From Candidatus Caldarchaeales archaeon (lineage in GTDB: Archaea > Thermoproteota > Nitrososphaeria_A > Caldarchaeales > Calditenuaceae), in assembly GCA_039630085.1 (NCBI GenBank), contig JBCNVM010000004.1, forward strand, positions 32,001 to 96,000: a DNA stretch of 64,000 bases, read 5' to 3'. Under the pieces are notes generated by a model, which saw only the letters and a program-made list of their open reading frames with translations, did no database searches and was not told the origin of the DNA. Positions 55,409-64,000 of the stretch are shown here, one piece after another. The first letter of the stretch is position 1; each line of letters starts with the position of its first letter. A program made the translations under genes and the position numbers.

Positions 55409-56294
55409 CCGCCAGCAGGATGAAGGCGTCCTCGAGCGAGGTCCGGGAGACGTTCACCCTCCACCCCCTCCAGATCGCGACGTCAGCGAGGTCCCTCGCG
55501 CCAGACCCGGTCGTCAGGACCCTGAACCGGTCTCCGATCCTCCTGACCAGACCGTAGGCGTTGAGCTCATCGGGGTCCGCGTCGCCCTCGACGTCGACCC
55601 TGTACTCGTACTCGACGGCCCTCATCACCTCCTCGACGCTCCCAGTGACGATGATCCTTCCGTAGTTTATGATCGAGATCCTGTCGGAGATCGTCTCGGC
55701 CTCCTCCATGTTGTGCGTGGTGACTATGACCGTCCTCCCCTCCTCGGAGGCCCTCCTGATCTGGGACCACATCGTCGTCCTAGAGATGGGGTCGAGTCCG
55801 ATAGTAGGCTCGTCGAGGAAGAGGACATCGGCCTCGGTCGCCATCGCCATAGCGACGTAGACCCTCTGCCTCATCCCTCCCGAGAGGTTGCCGCAGATCA
55901 CGTCCTTGACCTCCCAGAGCTCCATCGCCTCGAGGTACTCCCTCGCCCTCCTCGCGGCCTCGTGACCCGGCATGCCCCTCGCGATCAGGTAGTAGTAGAC
56001 GTGGGCCCACGGCGTCGAGAGGTTCGACGGCCTCCCCTCCTGCGGCACCACCGCGATCCTCCTCCTGATCCATCCGGCGTCCGCGACCACGTCGCGTCCA
56101 AGGACCCTGACCGTGCCCTTGCTGGGCTTGAGGAGCGTGCAGGCTATCCTGATGAAGGTCGTCTTCCCGGCTCCGTTCCTCCCGAGGAGCGCGAAGACCT
56201 CGCCCTCGTTGACCGCGAGCGTCGCGCCCTTCAGGACCCAGTTCTGGCCGTCGTAGGTCTTCCAGAGGTCCTCCGACTCGACCGCCGCGCCCAT
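55380..56294 (-). CDS. ABC exporter ATP-binding protein (DrrA-like)
   Basis: GRNGAGKTT, LSGGM, FLDEPTIGLD, TTHNMEEA. Confidence 0.93.
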   Translation of the reverse strand: MGAAVESEDLWKTYDGQNWVLKGATLAVNEGEVFALLGRNGAGKTTFIRIACTLLKPSKGTVRVLGRDVVADAGWIRRRIAVVPQEGRPSNLSTPWAHVYYYLIARGMPGHEAARRAREYLEAMELWEVKDVICGNLSGGMRQRVYVAMAMATEADVLFLDEPTIGLDPISRTTMWSQIRRASEEGRTVIVTTHNMEEAETISDRISIINYGRIIVTGSVEEVMRAVEYEYRVDVEGDADPDELNAYGLVRRIGDRFRVLTTGSGARDLADVAIWRGWRVNVSRTSLEDAFILLAGGHVEEEAR

Positions 56295-56332
56295 CCGAGA
56301 ATTCGAAGTCCTCGGTCCCTAATGAAAGGGAC

Positions 56333-57022
56333 TCACCCACGCCTCCTGATCAGCGCGTGCGCGAGCCTGCCCTCCAGCACGAACTCGAGGAGCTCGTTGC
56401 CGGTGATCCTCGACCAAGCCCTGACCTCCCGCTCGGCGTTCTCGTCGGCCTCCGCTACCAAGTGGATGACCTGTCCGGGAGGGACCTGCCTGATCGCGTC
56501 GGCCAGAACCAGCAGCGCTTGGCTGCACTCGACTCCCAAGGCCGCCATCACGACGTCCGGGACCTCCTTGAAGCACACGATCCCCCTGCTTCTTATCTCC
56601 TCGCTGAGGGCCTCGGCCACCTCACCGAACGTCCTGAGCCTCTCCCTGTATCCGGCCTCGAGCGGCCTCAACTTCGCGATCCAGCCCCGGTTGTATGGGT
56701 CCGACTGGCAGAGGTGCGGGACCTCAAGTAGCTCCCGGTTCGCGTCGACGACCTCGGCCCTGAACCTCGCGTTAACGTGCCCCACGAACTTCTTGGCCTC
56801 GACGAACGCGATCGACCTGCCCTCCTCGACGACGGTCCCGGGAGGCTTCGGCCTAACGGATGTCACCTTGCCCCACTTCGTCTGAGTAGTCGGGAGCACT
56901 CCCACGGTCATGATGTCGCCCTCCTCCATGTACCAGCTCTCGTTCTCGAGGTCGTAGAGGGCCCTCCTCGGTAACGCGCAGCCGTTCACGACCAGCACCT
57001 CCTGTCCCTCCGAGACGCCCAT
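56333..57022 (-). CDS. GcvH/LbpA-like lipoyl-domain protein fused to a TusA/SirA-like domain
   Basis: VNGC..P...Y....W, VEAKKFVG (lipoyl-Lys position), N..L...P.L...DPY..GW; then GVECSQ...PGQVIHLVA...EVRAW...GNELL...IRR; start ATG 57022. Confidence 0.8.
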   Translation of the reverse strand: MGVSEGQEVLVVNGCALPRRALYDLENESWYMEEGDIMTVGVLPTTQTKWGKVTSVRPKPPGTVVEEGRSIAFVEAKKFVGHVNARFRAEVVDANRELLEVPHLCQSDPYNRGWIAKLRPLEAGYRERLRTFGEVAEALSEEIRSRGIVCFKEVPDVVMAALGVECSQALLVLADAIRQVPPGQVIHLVAEADENAEREVRAWSRITGNELLEFVLEGRLAHALIRRRG

Positions 57023-57137
57023 TCGCTCCGCGCCCCACATTCGGTGGCCGGCTTTAAGCCGTGCAGGTCCACTCCGACCGAGGGACACCGTCGACCGCTG
57101 AAGGCTGAAATTCGGGCCGGCGGACTCGGGTTCGGGA

Positions 57138-58427
57138 GTGAGGGTCTACATCGGTATCGACGACACCGACTCCAAGAGGTCGATGTGCACGACCTACGTC
57201 GGAGCGGTAGCGCTGAGGAGGGCCGAGTCGGTCGGAGCCAGAAGGCTGGACTACCCGTGGCTGGTGAGGCTCAACCCGAACTGCCCCTACAAGACGAGGG
57301 GGAACGCGGCCGTCTGCCTGCCCGTCGAGGTCGACCCCTCGGCCTTCGAGGACGTCTGGGAGGTCGTGGTGGAGACCGTCGAGGAGCTCGCGGACCTGGA
57401 GAACGGGGCCGATCCTGGGGTCGTGGCGCTCGGGGAGGAGTCGAGGCCGGCGCTTCGCGGGCTCTACTTCGGGGCGGTCAGGGAAATCGTCGAGCTCGAT
57501 GAGGTCGTGGAGCTCGTCCGGTCGTCCGCGATCAGGCACTGGGGCTACGGCGAGATGAGGGGGCTGATCGGCGCTACGGCGGCCGCGGCAGCAGCTGAGG
57601 AGACCCTCTCGACGTTCGAGCTGCTGGCGTACAGGTCCGAGGAGATGTGGGGGAAGGAGAGGCTTGTCGACCCGGAGTCCGTGAGGGAGATGGACAACAT
57701 CTACCGAGGCGTCACCTTCGACAACTACGACTACGAGAAGGACGAGGTCAGGGTCACGCCTCACACGCCCTGTCCGGTCCTCCTCGGGATCAGGTCGGTC
57801 CGCGCGGACGTCCTCCCGGGAGCGCTGTCTGTCTTAAGGGTCGGCGAGCCGATCGAGTTCTTCGAGGTCTTCAGGACGAACCAGGCCACCGACATCCACT
57901 ACGTCGAGCGGCAAGTAAGATCGGTCAGGCCCCTAGAGTCCGTCGTCGTGAGGGGCCTCGTCGCGGGCAAGCCAAGGGTCATACCCGGAGGCCACGTCCT
58001 ACTGGAGGTCTCGGACGGAACGGGTGAGATCACGGTCGCCGCCTACGAGCCGACTGGCGAGCTGAGGAGGGTCGTGGAGAAGCTCGAGGTCGGTGACGAG
58101 GTCGCGGTCTACGGCGCCGTCAAGCCGAAGCCGGAGGGCCTCACGCTGAACCTCGAGAAGCTCGAGGTAGTCAGGCTGAGGACGGTCTACGCGGAGCGCG
58201 CCCCTAGGTGCCCGGACTGCGAGAGGACTATGAAGTCCGCGGGCTTCGGGAAGGGATACAGGTGCAAGGGATGCGGCAGGGTCGAACCGAACGCGATGAA
58301 GGTCAGGGTGAGGGTCGAGAGGGGCATTAGTGAAGGGGTTTACGAGGTCGCGGTCTCGGCGAGGCGGCACCTGGTCAAGCCGCTCTCGTTGCTGAACCTT
58401 AGCCGATCCGACGCCTGTGCAGCCTAA
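57138..58427 (+). CDS. tiaS: tRNA(Ile2) agmatinylcytidine synthase
   Basis: IGIDDTDS..CTTY, VRLNPN.PYKTRGN, TNQATD.H, GGHV, AYEPTG, Zn ribbon, RRHLVKP. Confidence 0.94.
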   Translation: MRVYIGIDDTDSKRSMCTTYVGAVALRRAESVGARRLDYPWLVRLNPNCPYKTRGNAAVCLPVEVDPSAFEDVWEVVVETVEELADLENGADPGVVALGEESRPALRGLYFGAVREIVELDEVVELVRSSAIRHWGYGEMRGLIGATAAAAAAEETLSTFELLAYRSEEMWGKERLVDPESVREMDNIYRGVTFDNYDYEKDEVRVTPHTPCPVLLGIRSVRADVLPGALSVLRVGEPIEFFEVFRTNQATDIHYVERQVRSVRPLESVVVRGLVAGKPRVIPGGHVLLEVSDGTGEITVAAYEPTGELRRVVEKLEVGDEVAVYGAVKPKPEGLTLNLEKLEVVRLRTVYAERAPRCPDCERTMKSAGFGKGYRCKGCGRVEPNAMKVRVRVERGISEGVYEVAVSARRHLVKPLSLLNLSRSDACAA

Positions 58428-58612
58428 TCCTCATCCCTCGGCCTCGAGAGGAGCGCGACCAGCAGCATCAGTGCTGCGGCGATCAACATTAGGGGCAGGA
58501 GGAACCTAAGGGCCACCCTCAGCCCAGCGACCACGCCGTAGAGGAACGTTCCGAGCAGCGAGAGAACCGTGACGATCGCCGCCGCCAGCAGCACCAAGGC
58601 CCTTGGGCTCAA
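58424..58612 (-). CDS. Small two-TM membrane protein
   Basis: 62 aa hydrophobic ORF filling the gap between tiaS and ychF. Confidence 0.55.
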   Translation of the reverse strand: MSPRALVLLAAAIVTVLSLLGTFLYGVVAGLRVALRFLLPLMLIAAALMLLVALLSRPRDED

Positions 58613-58681
58613 CGAGCTCCATCGCCCCGACCCACTGATAAAGGGGATCCCCTAATAGCAGCGAGGACGTCGTCGGTCGGG

Positions 58682-59884
58682 TTGGAGCTGGCCGGCATCG
58701 TGGGGAAGGCCAACGTCGGCAAGAGCACGCTCTTCACCGCCCTCACGATGGTCGAGGTGCCGGCCGCGAACTTCCCCTTCACCACCACAAAGCCGAACAG
58801 GGGCATCACGCACCTGAGGGTGAGCTGCGTCTGCAGGGAGCTGGGCGTGAAGGACGACCCGAACAACTCGCTCTGCGTCGACGGGACGAGGTTCGTTCCG
58901 ATCGCAGTTATCGACTGCCCGGGGATCGTCAGGGGCGCCCACGCGGGGAGGGGCATGGGCCTCCAGTTCCTCGACGAGATCAGGCAGGCCGACGCGCTGG
59001 TAGTGGTCGCAGACGCGTCAGGTGGGACCGACGACGACGGCAACCCGGTCCAGCCGGGGACGCACGACCCGGTCGAGGACGTGAAGATGGTGGAGGATGA
59101 GATGGACCTGTGGATGGCAGAGCTCCTCACGAGGGAATGGAACAGGGTCGTCAGGGTCGTAGAGGCAAAGCAGTCGACGATGGCGGAGGAGGTCGCGAGG
59201 AAGATGTCGGGGCTGAGGGTGAACGAGCAGGCCGCCGAGCAGGCTCTCGAGTCCGCGGGCCTCGACGGCTCCAGGCCCTCGAGGTGGACCAAGGACGACG
59301 TCCTTCGCTACGTGAGGGCCCTCAGGAGGTCGACCAAACCGATGATAGTCGCGGCCAACAAGGCTGACGTCCACACCGCGAGGGAGGGGATCAGGAGGCT
59401 GGTCGAGGCGGGGTACGATGTCGTCCCCTGCAGCGCCGAGGCCGAGAAGCTCCTGAGGCTCGCGGCCAAGAGGGGAATCGTGAAGTACCTGCCCGGAGAC
59501 GCGAGCTTCGAGGTCACCGAGTCCTCGAGGCTCACGCCGGAGCAGCGGAGGGCGCTCGAGAGGGTTGCGGAGTTCATGGAGAGGAACGGAGGGACGGGCG
59601 TCCAGAGGCTGATCGACAAGGTCTACCTCGATGTCCTCAGGTACATCCCGGTCTTCCCGGTAGAGGACCCGAGCACGTTCGCGGACTCAAAGGGGCGCGT
59701 CCTCCCCGACGTCTACTTGGTGAAGGAGGGCTCGACGCCGAGGGACCTGGCCTACAAGGTCCACACGGAGCTTGGCGAGAACTTCCTCTACGCGATCGAC
59801 GCGAGGACCAAGATGAGGCTCCCCTCGGACTACAGGCTGAGGCCGAGGGACGTGGTCTCTATCGTCAGCGTCGCCCGGAGGTGA
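58682..59884 (+). CDS. ychF: YchF/Obg-family translation-associated GTPase/ATPase
   Basis: GKANVGKST, NFPFTT, DCPG, ANKAD, C-terminal TGS domain. Confidence 0.92.
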   Translation: MELAGIVGKANVGKSTLFTALTMVEVPAANFPFTTTKPNRGITHLRVSCVCRELGVKDDPNNSLCVDGTRFVPIAVIDCPGIVRGAHAGRGMGLQFLDEIRQADALVVVADASGGTDDDGNPVQPGTHDPVEDVKMVEDEMDLWMAELLTREWNRVVRVVEAKQSTMAEEVARKMSGLRVNEQAAEQALESAGLDGSRPSRWTKDDVLRYVRALRRSTKPMIVAANKADVHTAREGIRRLVEAGYDVVPCSAEAEKLLRLAAKRGIVKYLPGDASFEVTESSRLTPEQRRALERVAEFMERNGGTGVQRLIDKVYLDVLRYIPVFPVEDPSTFADSKGRVLPDVYLVKEGSTPRDLAYKVHTELGENFLYAIDARTKMRLPSDYRLRPRDVVSIVSVARR

Positions 59885-59891
59885 GCGGGTC

Positions 59892-60959
59892 GTGGAGCCC
59901 CTGATCATAGACGGCTCGGTCGGGGAGGGCGGCGGTCAGATCCTGAGGATGGCGGTCTCGGCAGCGGCGCTGCTCTCCAAACCGATCAGGGTCGTGAACG
60001 TCAGGGCGAAGAGGAACCCTCCGGGACTCAGGCCCCAGCACCTCGTGGCGGTGAGAGGCGTCGCGGAGCTGAGCGGAGGCAGGGTCGAGGGCCTCAGGGT
60101 CGGGTCGATGGAGGTCGCGTTCTACCCTTCGGCGCCGAGATCGGGGAGGTTCGTCGTCGACGCGGGCACCGCGGGAAGCACCACGCTGATGCTCCAGTCG
60201 CTCCTCCCAGTCGCCGCGTTCGCGTCTGGGCCCGTCGAGCTCGAGCTCCGGGGAGGCACGAACAACCCGATGGCGCCGCCCGTCGAGTACCTGAACTGGG
60301 TCCTGATGCCGGCGCTGAGGAGGTTGGGCGTAAAGGCCGAGATCGAGCTGGTCAGGAGGGGCTTCTACCCGAGGGGAGGCGGGATCGTGAGGGCGAAGGT
60401 CGAGCCCGTGAGGAGGCTCAGGCCGATTGACGCAGAGACGGGGAGGGTCGTCGGGGCGAGGGTCTTCGCCTACAGCTGCAACCTGCCCGAGCACATCGTC
60501 GAGAGGATGGCGAGGAGGGCGTCAGAGGGCCTGAGGAGGCTGAACGTCACCGAGGTCGCCGTCGAGACCGAGGTGCTTCAGAGCCCTGACCCGAAGTGCT
60601 CCCCAGACCCCGGCGCGGGCGTAATCATCGTCCTCGAGCTCGACAACGGTCTCGCGATGGGGTTCGACTCGCTGGGGGAGAGGGGAGTTCCGGCGGAGAA
60701 GGTCACCGACAGGGCGGTCGAGGAGTGCGCCAGGCAGCTGAGGACCGGTGCGCCGATCGACAGCCACCTCGGAGACCAGCTCGTGATCTGGGTCGCGCTC
60801 GCGGACGGCCGGTCGACCTATAGGGTGACTGAGTTGACGAGCCACACGGAGACCGCGGTCTTCATCGCTGAAAGGGTCATAGGCGCGAGGTTCGACGTCG
60901 AGTCCTTAGGCGATCGGGGAGCGAGGATAACCTGCGACGGCATAGGATTCGGGAGATAG
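59892..60959 (+). CDS. rtcA: RNA 3'-terminal phosphate cyclase
   Basis: DGSVGEGGGQILR, PGLRPQH, RGFYPRGGG, DSHLGDQL, TSHTET. Confidence 0.95.
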   Translation: MEPLIIDGSVGEGGGQILRMAVSAAALLSKPIRVVNVRAKRNPPGLRPQHLVAVRGVAELSGGRVEGLRVGSMEVAFYPSAPRSGRFVVDAGTAGSTTLMLQSLLPVAAFASGPVELELRGGTNNPMAPPVEYLNWVLMPALRRLGVKAEIELVRRGFYPRGGGIVRAKVEPVRRLRPIDAETGRVVGARVFAYSCNLPEHIVERMARRASEGLRRLNVTEVAVETEVLQSPDPKCSPDPGAGVIIVLELDNGLAMGFDSLGERGVPAEKVTDRAVEECARQLRTGAPIDSHLGDQLVIWVALADGRSTYRVTELTSHTETAVFIAERVIGARFDVESLGDRGARITCDGIGFGR

Positions 60960-60960
60960 T

Positions 60961-60990
60961 CTTAAAAAACGGAGATTAAGAAAAAGGCCG
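60961..60990 (-). terminator. Oligo-T tracts downstream of atoE (candidate archaeal terminator)
   Basis: Two T-runs on the minus strand between convergent rtcA and atoE. Confidence 0.35.
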
Positions 60991-60993
60991 ATC

Positions 60994-62376
60994 TTACAGG
61001 TTCAGCGGTATCAGGAGAACTCCAATAGACACGAGAACTATGTAGAACAGGAACATCACGAACGCGTAGCCGGCTATCTCCCTGAACTCCACAGCTGCGA
61101 TCGTCATCAACGGAATCGCCCAGAAGGGCTGAATGATGTCGGTCATCATGTCACCCCATGCGTAAGCTATGGTGATAGTGGCATAACTGACGCCAAGACG
61201 GTTGGCTGCCTCGAGAAGGTAAGGAGCAACGATTATCCACTCCGAACCTCCAGAGGGCACGAAGTAATTGATTACCCCTGCGTACCAATACGCGAAAAGC
61301 GGATAAGTCTGTGGCGTCGAGACGGCCACGAACCAGTCGGCGAAGACCTTCGAGAGGGCCGAGAACTGGAATATCCCCAGTATTCCACCGTAAAACGGGA
61401 ACTGTAATATGATTCCCCACGTAGCCTTGATCGCGTCTCTAGTGGCCTCGAGGAACCTCCTGGGATACCAGTGTAGCAGAGCGCCGGTGGCCATGAACGC
61501 GAAGTTCACCACCTCGAGGGTTAGGGTCCGCTGGGTGACCAACCACCAGCCGACCCATGTGTAAGCGAAGGCAGCCGCCATAACTGTCCAGATCGGAGTC
61601 CAGTCCATCTTGATGGCGAAGGGTTGCGGCTGACTGGGTTTTGGAGGTGGAATCCACCTCTTGAGAGCCTCCAATCTCTCCGGCGACACGGCCTTCACCT
61701 TATCGGGACGCGGGTGGAGCGCTACGGCTATGAGCGACATAACGACGATCGTCACGATCAGCATGGTGATGTTCCAAGAGGAGAACAACGTCCTGTCGGT
61801 GGTGATGACCCCCATCGGCTTCGCTGCGGGGACCTTCTCGAAGAGGTGACCGGGGGTAGCGACAAGCAGCGGTGCCGACGCTGAGAACCCGCCGTGCCAC
61901 ACGAAGCCGAGGCCCGAGTAGGCCGTGATCACCATCAACGGATAGTGCACCTTGGGCTGATTCCTCGCGAGATAAACGACGAGCATCGCGCTCCCGATCA
62001 GGCTGAACCCCCAATGTAGCCAACCTGTGATCATCGAGAAGAGCGCGATCAACAGGATGGTCTGCCAAGGCTTATCGACGTTAGGCAGTCGTCCCAATCT
62101 CTCGAGGAGCCTCGTGACTGGCGGCGAGACTGCGATCACGTACCCCGTCCACATGATCCAGACCATGTGCATCGCGAAGCTCAGAATGCCCGCGGAGAAG
62201 AAGCCCCTCCCGAAGTTGAGGGCCGAAGTGAACGGATCGACGTTCCCCCAGATCAGGCTCATGACATAGGAGATCAGTACCAAGATGAGTGCGATGATCC
62301 ACGCATCGGGTATGTTCCTTTCGGTCCATGAGCTGATGCGATAACCTGTTTCCTTGAGTGGATCCAGCGCGCCCAC
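60994..62376 (-). CDS. atoE: Short-chain fatty acid transporter, AtoE family
   Basis: IPDAWI, VHYPL..AYSG, WHGGFSASAPL, QFPFYGGI, FVPSGG.EW, QPFWAIP. Confidence 0.9.
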   Translation of the reverse strand: MGALDPLKETGYRISSWTERNIPDAWIIALILVLISYVMSLIWGNVDPFTSALNFGRGFFSAGILSFAMHMVWIMWTGYVIAVSPPVTRLLERLGRLPNVDKPWQTILLIALFSMITGWLHWGFSLIGSAMLVVYLARNQPKVHYPLMVITAYSGLGFVWHGGFSASAPLLVATPGHLFEKVPAAKPMGVITTDRTLFSSWNITMLIVTIVVMSLIAVALHPRPDKVKAVSPERLEALKRWIPPPKPSQPQPFAIKMDWTPIWTVMAAAFAYTWVGWWLVTQRTLTLEVVNFAFMATGALLHWYPRRFLEATRDAIKATWGIILQFPFYGGILGIFQFSALSKVFADWFVAVSTPQTYPLFAYWYAGVINYFVPSGGSEWIIVAPYLLEAANRLGVSYATITIAYAWGDMMTDIIQPFWAIPLMTIAAVEFREIAGYAFVMFLFYIVLVSIGVLLIPLNL

Positions 62377-62396
62377 GTATACCGTATTACGCGGTT

Positions 62397-62408
62397 CGTT
62401 TATAAACG
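62397..62408. promoter_or_regulatory. Palindromic TATA element CGTTTATAAACG upstream of atoE
   Basis: Perfect 12-bp palindrome 21-32 nt upstream of the atoE start. Confidence 0.5.
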
Positions 62409-62522
62409 TTGTAGTACATTCGCCTTCAACTATCGGCTTACGAAATCAGGATGTCGGGCAGAGAGGGCAGGCCTCGCGTCTTTCGTTCTCAATTTAATAA
62501 TTACTTCATCCACTGTTACACC

Positions 62523-62861
62523 GTGAGCGCCCCGCTCGACTCCCTTCGCGAACTCGTGTCGAGGGTCTCCGCCAACCCGAGCCTACTGGCTAGCCTCGCG
62601 AAGGCTGAGAAGGTCTTCCAGTTCAAGCCGACGGACGGTGGCCCGTTCTACCTCCACATCAAGCCGGGATCGCTCGAGGCCGCAGCGGGAGAGGGCCCGA
62701 ACCCCGTCGCGACCATCATAGCCTCTTCGCAGGACCTCGCCGATGTCTTCGCCGGGAAGGCGGACCCGTTCAAGCTCTTCTTCGCGGGCAAGCTCAGAGT
62801 CCAGGGGAACGTCCTCGAGGCTCAGGAGCTCGCGAGGCTGCTGGGCAGCGCCCGCGGATAG
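62523..62861 (+). CDS. SCP2 sterol/lipid-binding domain protein
   Basis: FAGKADPFKLFFAGKLRVQGN; start GTG 62523, about 25 nt after TTTAATA. Confidence 0.88.
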   Translation: MSAPLDSLRELVSRVSANPSLLASLAKAEKVFQFKPTDGGPFYLHIKPGSLEAAAGEGPNPVATIIASSQDLADVFAGKADPFKLFFAGKLRVQGNVLEAQELARLLGSARG

Positions 62862-62926
62862 CGGTTCACGGCGTTAACCGGTAATCGTCGCTCGAATTTT
62901 TCCTAAACAGTTATTAGATAAAGAAA

Positions 62927-63526
62927 TTGAAGCGTGTCGTGCCAGCTCTATCCGAGGCCAAGACGCTCGGTGGCGTCGGCGCGATACTTGTTCTCTTGGG
63001 CCTCGTTCCCTCGGTCGGGTTCGTGCTGGCGATCGCTGGGTGGGTCTTGATACTGGTCGCGGTCGACAAGATCTCCAAGGCAGTGAATGACAGGACCATT
63101 TTCAACAACGTCTTGACAGCTGTGTTGCTGGCAATCGTCGGGTCGATCGTGGCGGGCGTGGCGCTCGGCCTCGGGGCGTTCTTCGCGATCTTCGGGGCCG
63201 GACCCGGGCCAGGCGCGCCCACGGATCCTTTCGCGTTCTTCTCACAGCTGCTCTGGCTGTTCGTCGTGGGACTCGTCGTGTTCTGGATCGTCATGATCTT
63301 CTCGGCGAGGTACCTGAGGCGCGGCTACGATGCGATCAACTCCAAGCTCAACGTCCCGATGTTCAGCACCGTGGGAAAGCTGTACTTCTATGGCGCGCTC
63401 CTCAGCATAATTCTAGTGGGATTCATTCTGATACTAATTGCTGAGATCCTGCAGATAATCGCTTATTTCTCGATACCCGAGTCGCCTCCGCAGCCCCCTC
63501 AGCCGACAGCGACGACGCCCCTCTGA
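62927..63526 (+). CDS. DUF996-family membrane protein
   Basis: AKTLGGVGAIL, F.TVGKLYFYGALL.IILVG, AYFSIP. Confidence 0.85.
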   Translation: MKRVVPALSEAKTLGGVGAILVLLGLVPSVGFVLAIAGWVLILVAVDKISKAVNDRTIFNNVLTAVLLAIVGSIVAGVALGLGAFFAIFGAGPGPGAPTDPFAFFSQLLWLFVVGLVVFWIVMIFSARYLRRGYDAINSKLNVPMFSTVGKLYFYGALLSIILVGFILILIAEILQIIAYFSIPESPPQPPQPTATTPL

Positions 63527-63571
63527 AGCGCGAGATACCCCTTATTTCTGAGGCTGCGTCTCTCGTGACCG

Positions 63572-64000
63572 ATGATGAAGCGCGCCCTCAGAGACTTACT
63601 GGTCGCAGGTGTCTCCGCGACGGTCGCCGCCCTCCTAATCCTAGCCTCGGGACCCCTCGCGATCTTACACCCGATCAAGGGGGTCTGGACCGAGGCCGAG
63701 AGGGTGAGGGTCGCGGACGCGAGCATGAGGCTCCCCGGCCTGAAGACGAGGGTGACGGTCGTTTACGACGGAAGGCTCGTCCCGCACATCTACGCCGCCG
63801 ACGAGCTCGACGCCTTCAGGGCCCTCGGGTACGTCCACGCTAGGGACAGGCTCTGGCAGATGGACGTGCAGAGGCGGTTGGCCTCGGGTAGGCTCTCCGA
63901 GGTGGTCGGGGAGGCTGCATTGAGGACCGACACGCTGATGAGGCTCATCGGTCTCCACAGGTCCGCGAGGGCGACCGCGGAGTGGCTGAGGACGAACCAT
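63572..64000 (+). CDS. Penicillin acylase / Ntn-hydrolase family protein (5' part, runs off window edge)
   Basis: Manual translation: N-terminal signal/anchor, then VPHIYA, LGYVHARDRLWQMD..RR.ASGRLSEVVG. Not in ORF track. Confidence 0.9.
   Translation, partial: MMKRALRDLLVAGVSATVAALLILASGPLAILHPIKGVWTEAERVRVADASMRLPGLKTRVTVVYDGRLVPHIYAADELDAFRALGYVHARDRLWQMDVQRRLASGRLSEVVGEAALRTDTLMRLIGLHRSARATAEWLRTNH

Noticed and set aside
1-64000. CRISPR arrays, tRNAs, IS elements, integrases, inteins, Sec/Pyl readthrough
   Set aside because: None seen by eye: no regularly spaced repeats, T-loop or acceptor-stem signatures, transposase motifs, or in-frame stops within recognised domains. tRNAscan-SE or a CRISPR finder would confirm.

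Overview
High-GC archaeal chromosomal segment, very gene-dense and mostly housekeeping. The gene content (PolB1-type polymerase, eL13/eL31/eL39, aIF-2beta, aIF6, aRF1, TiaS, PIN-ATPase, two PDCD5-family proteins, heavy AGG-Arg usage) points to a TACK archaeon. A thermophilic Nitrososphaeria/'Aigarchaeota' member is plausible, but this is inference. About 70 CDSs are supported, four of them missing from the supplied ORF track (partial aRF1, eL39, a Cys-rich CWC protein, partial penicillin-acylase-family gene). There is one clear SRP (7S) RNA and two or three candidate box C/D sRNAs. I saw no tRNA, rRNA, CRISPR array, transposase, integrase or intein. The most unusual items are an LbpA/GcvH-like lipoyl domain fused to a TusA-like sulfur carrier, a GT87-like membrane glycosyltransferase fused to a GH18-like barrel, an ODCase-OPRT (PyrF-PyrE) fusion, a frameshifted citG-like gene overlapping folP, an extra hairpin in the SRP Alu domain, a structured uORF-bearing leader on aRF1, and a more AT-rich AtoE/SCP2/DUF996/acylase cluster. 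I found no unambiguous novel multi-gene system. All calls come from motif recognition by eye; no database searches were run.
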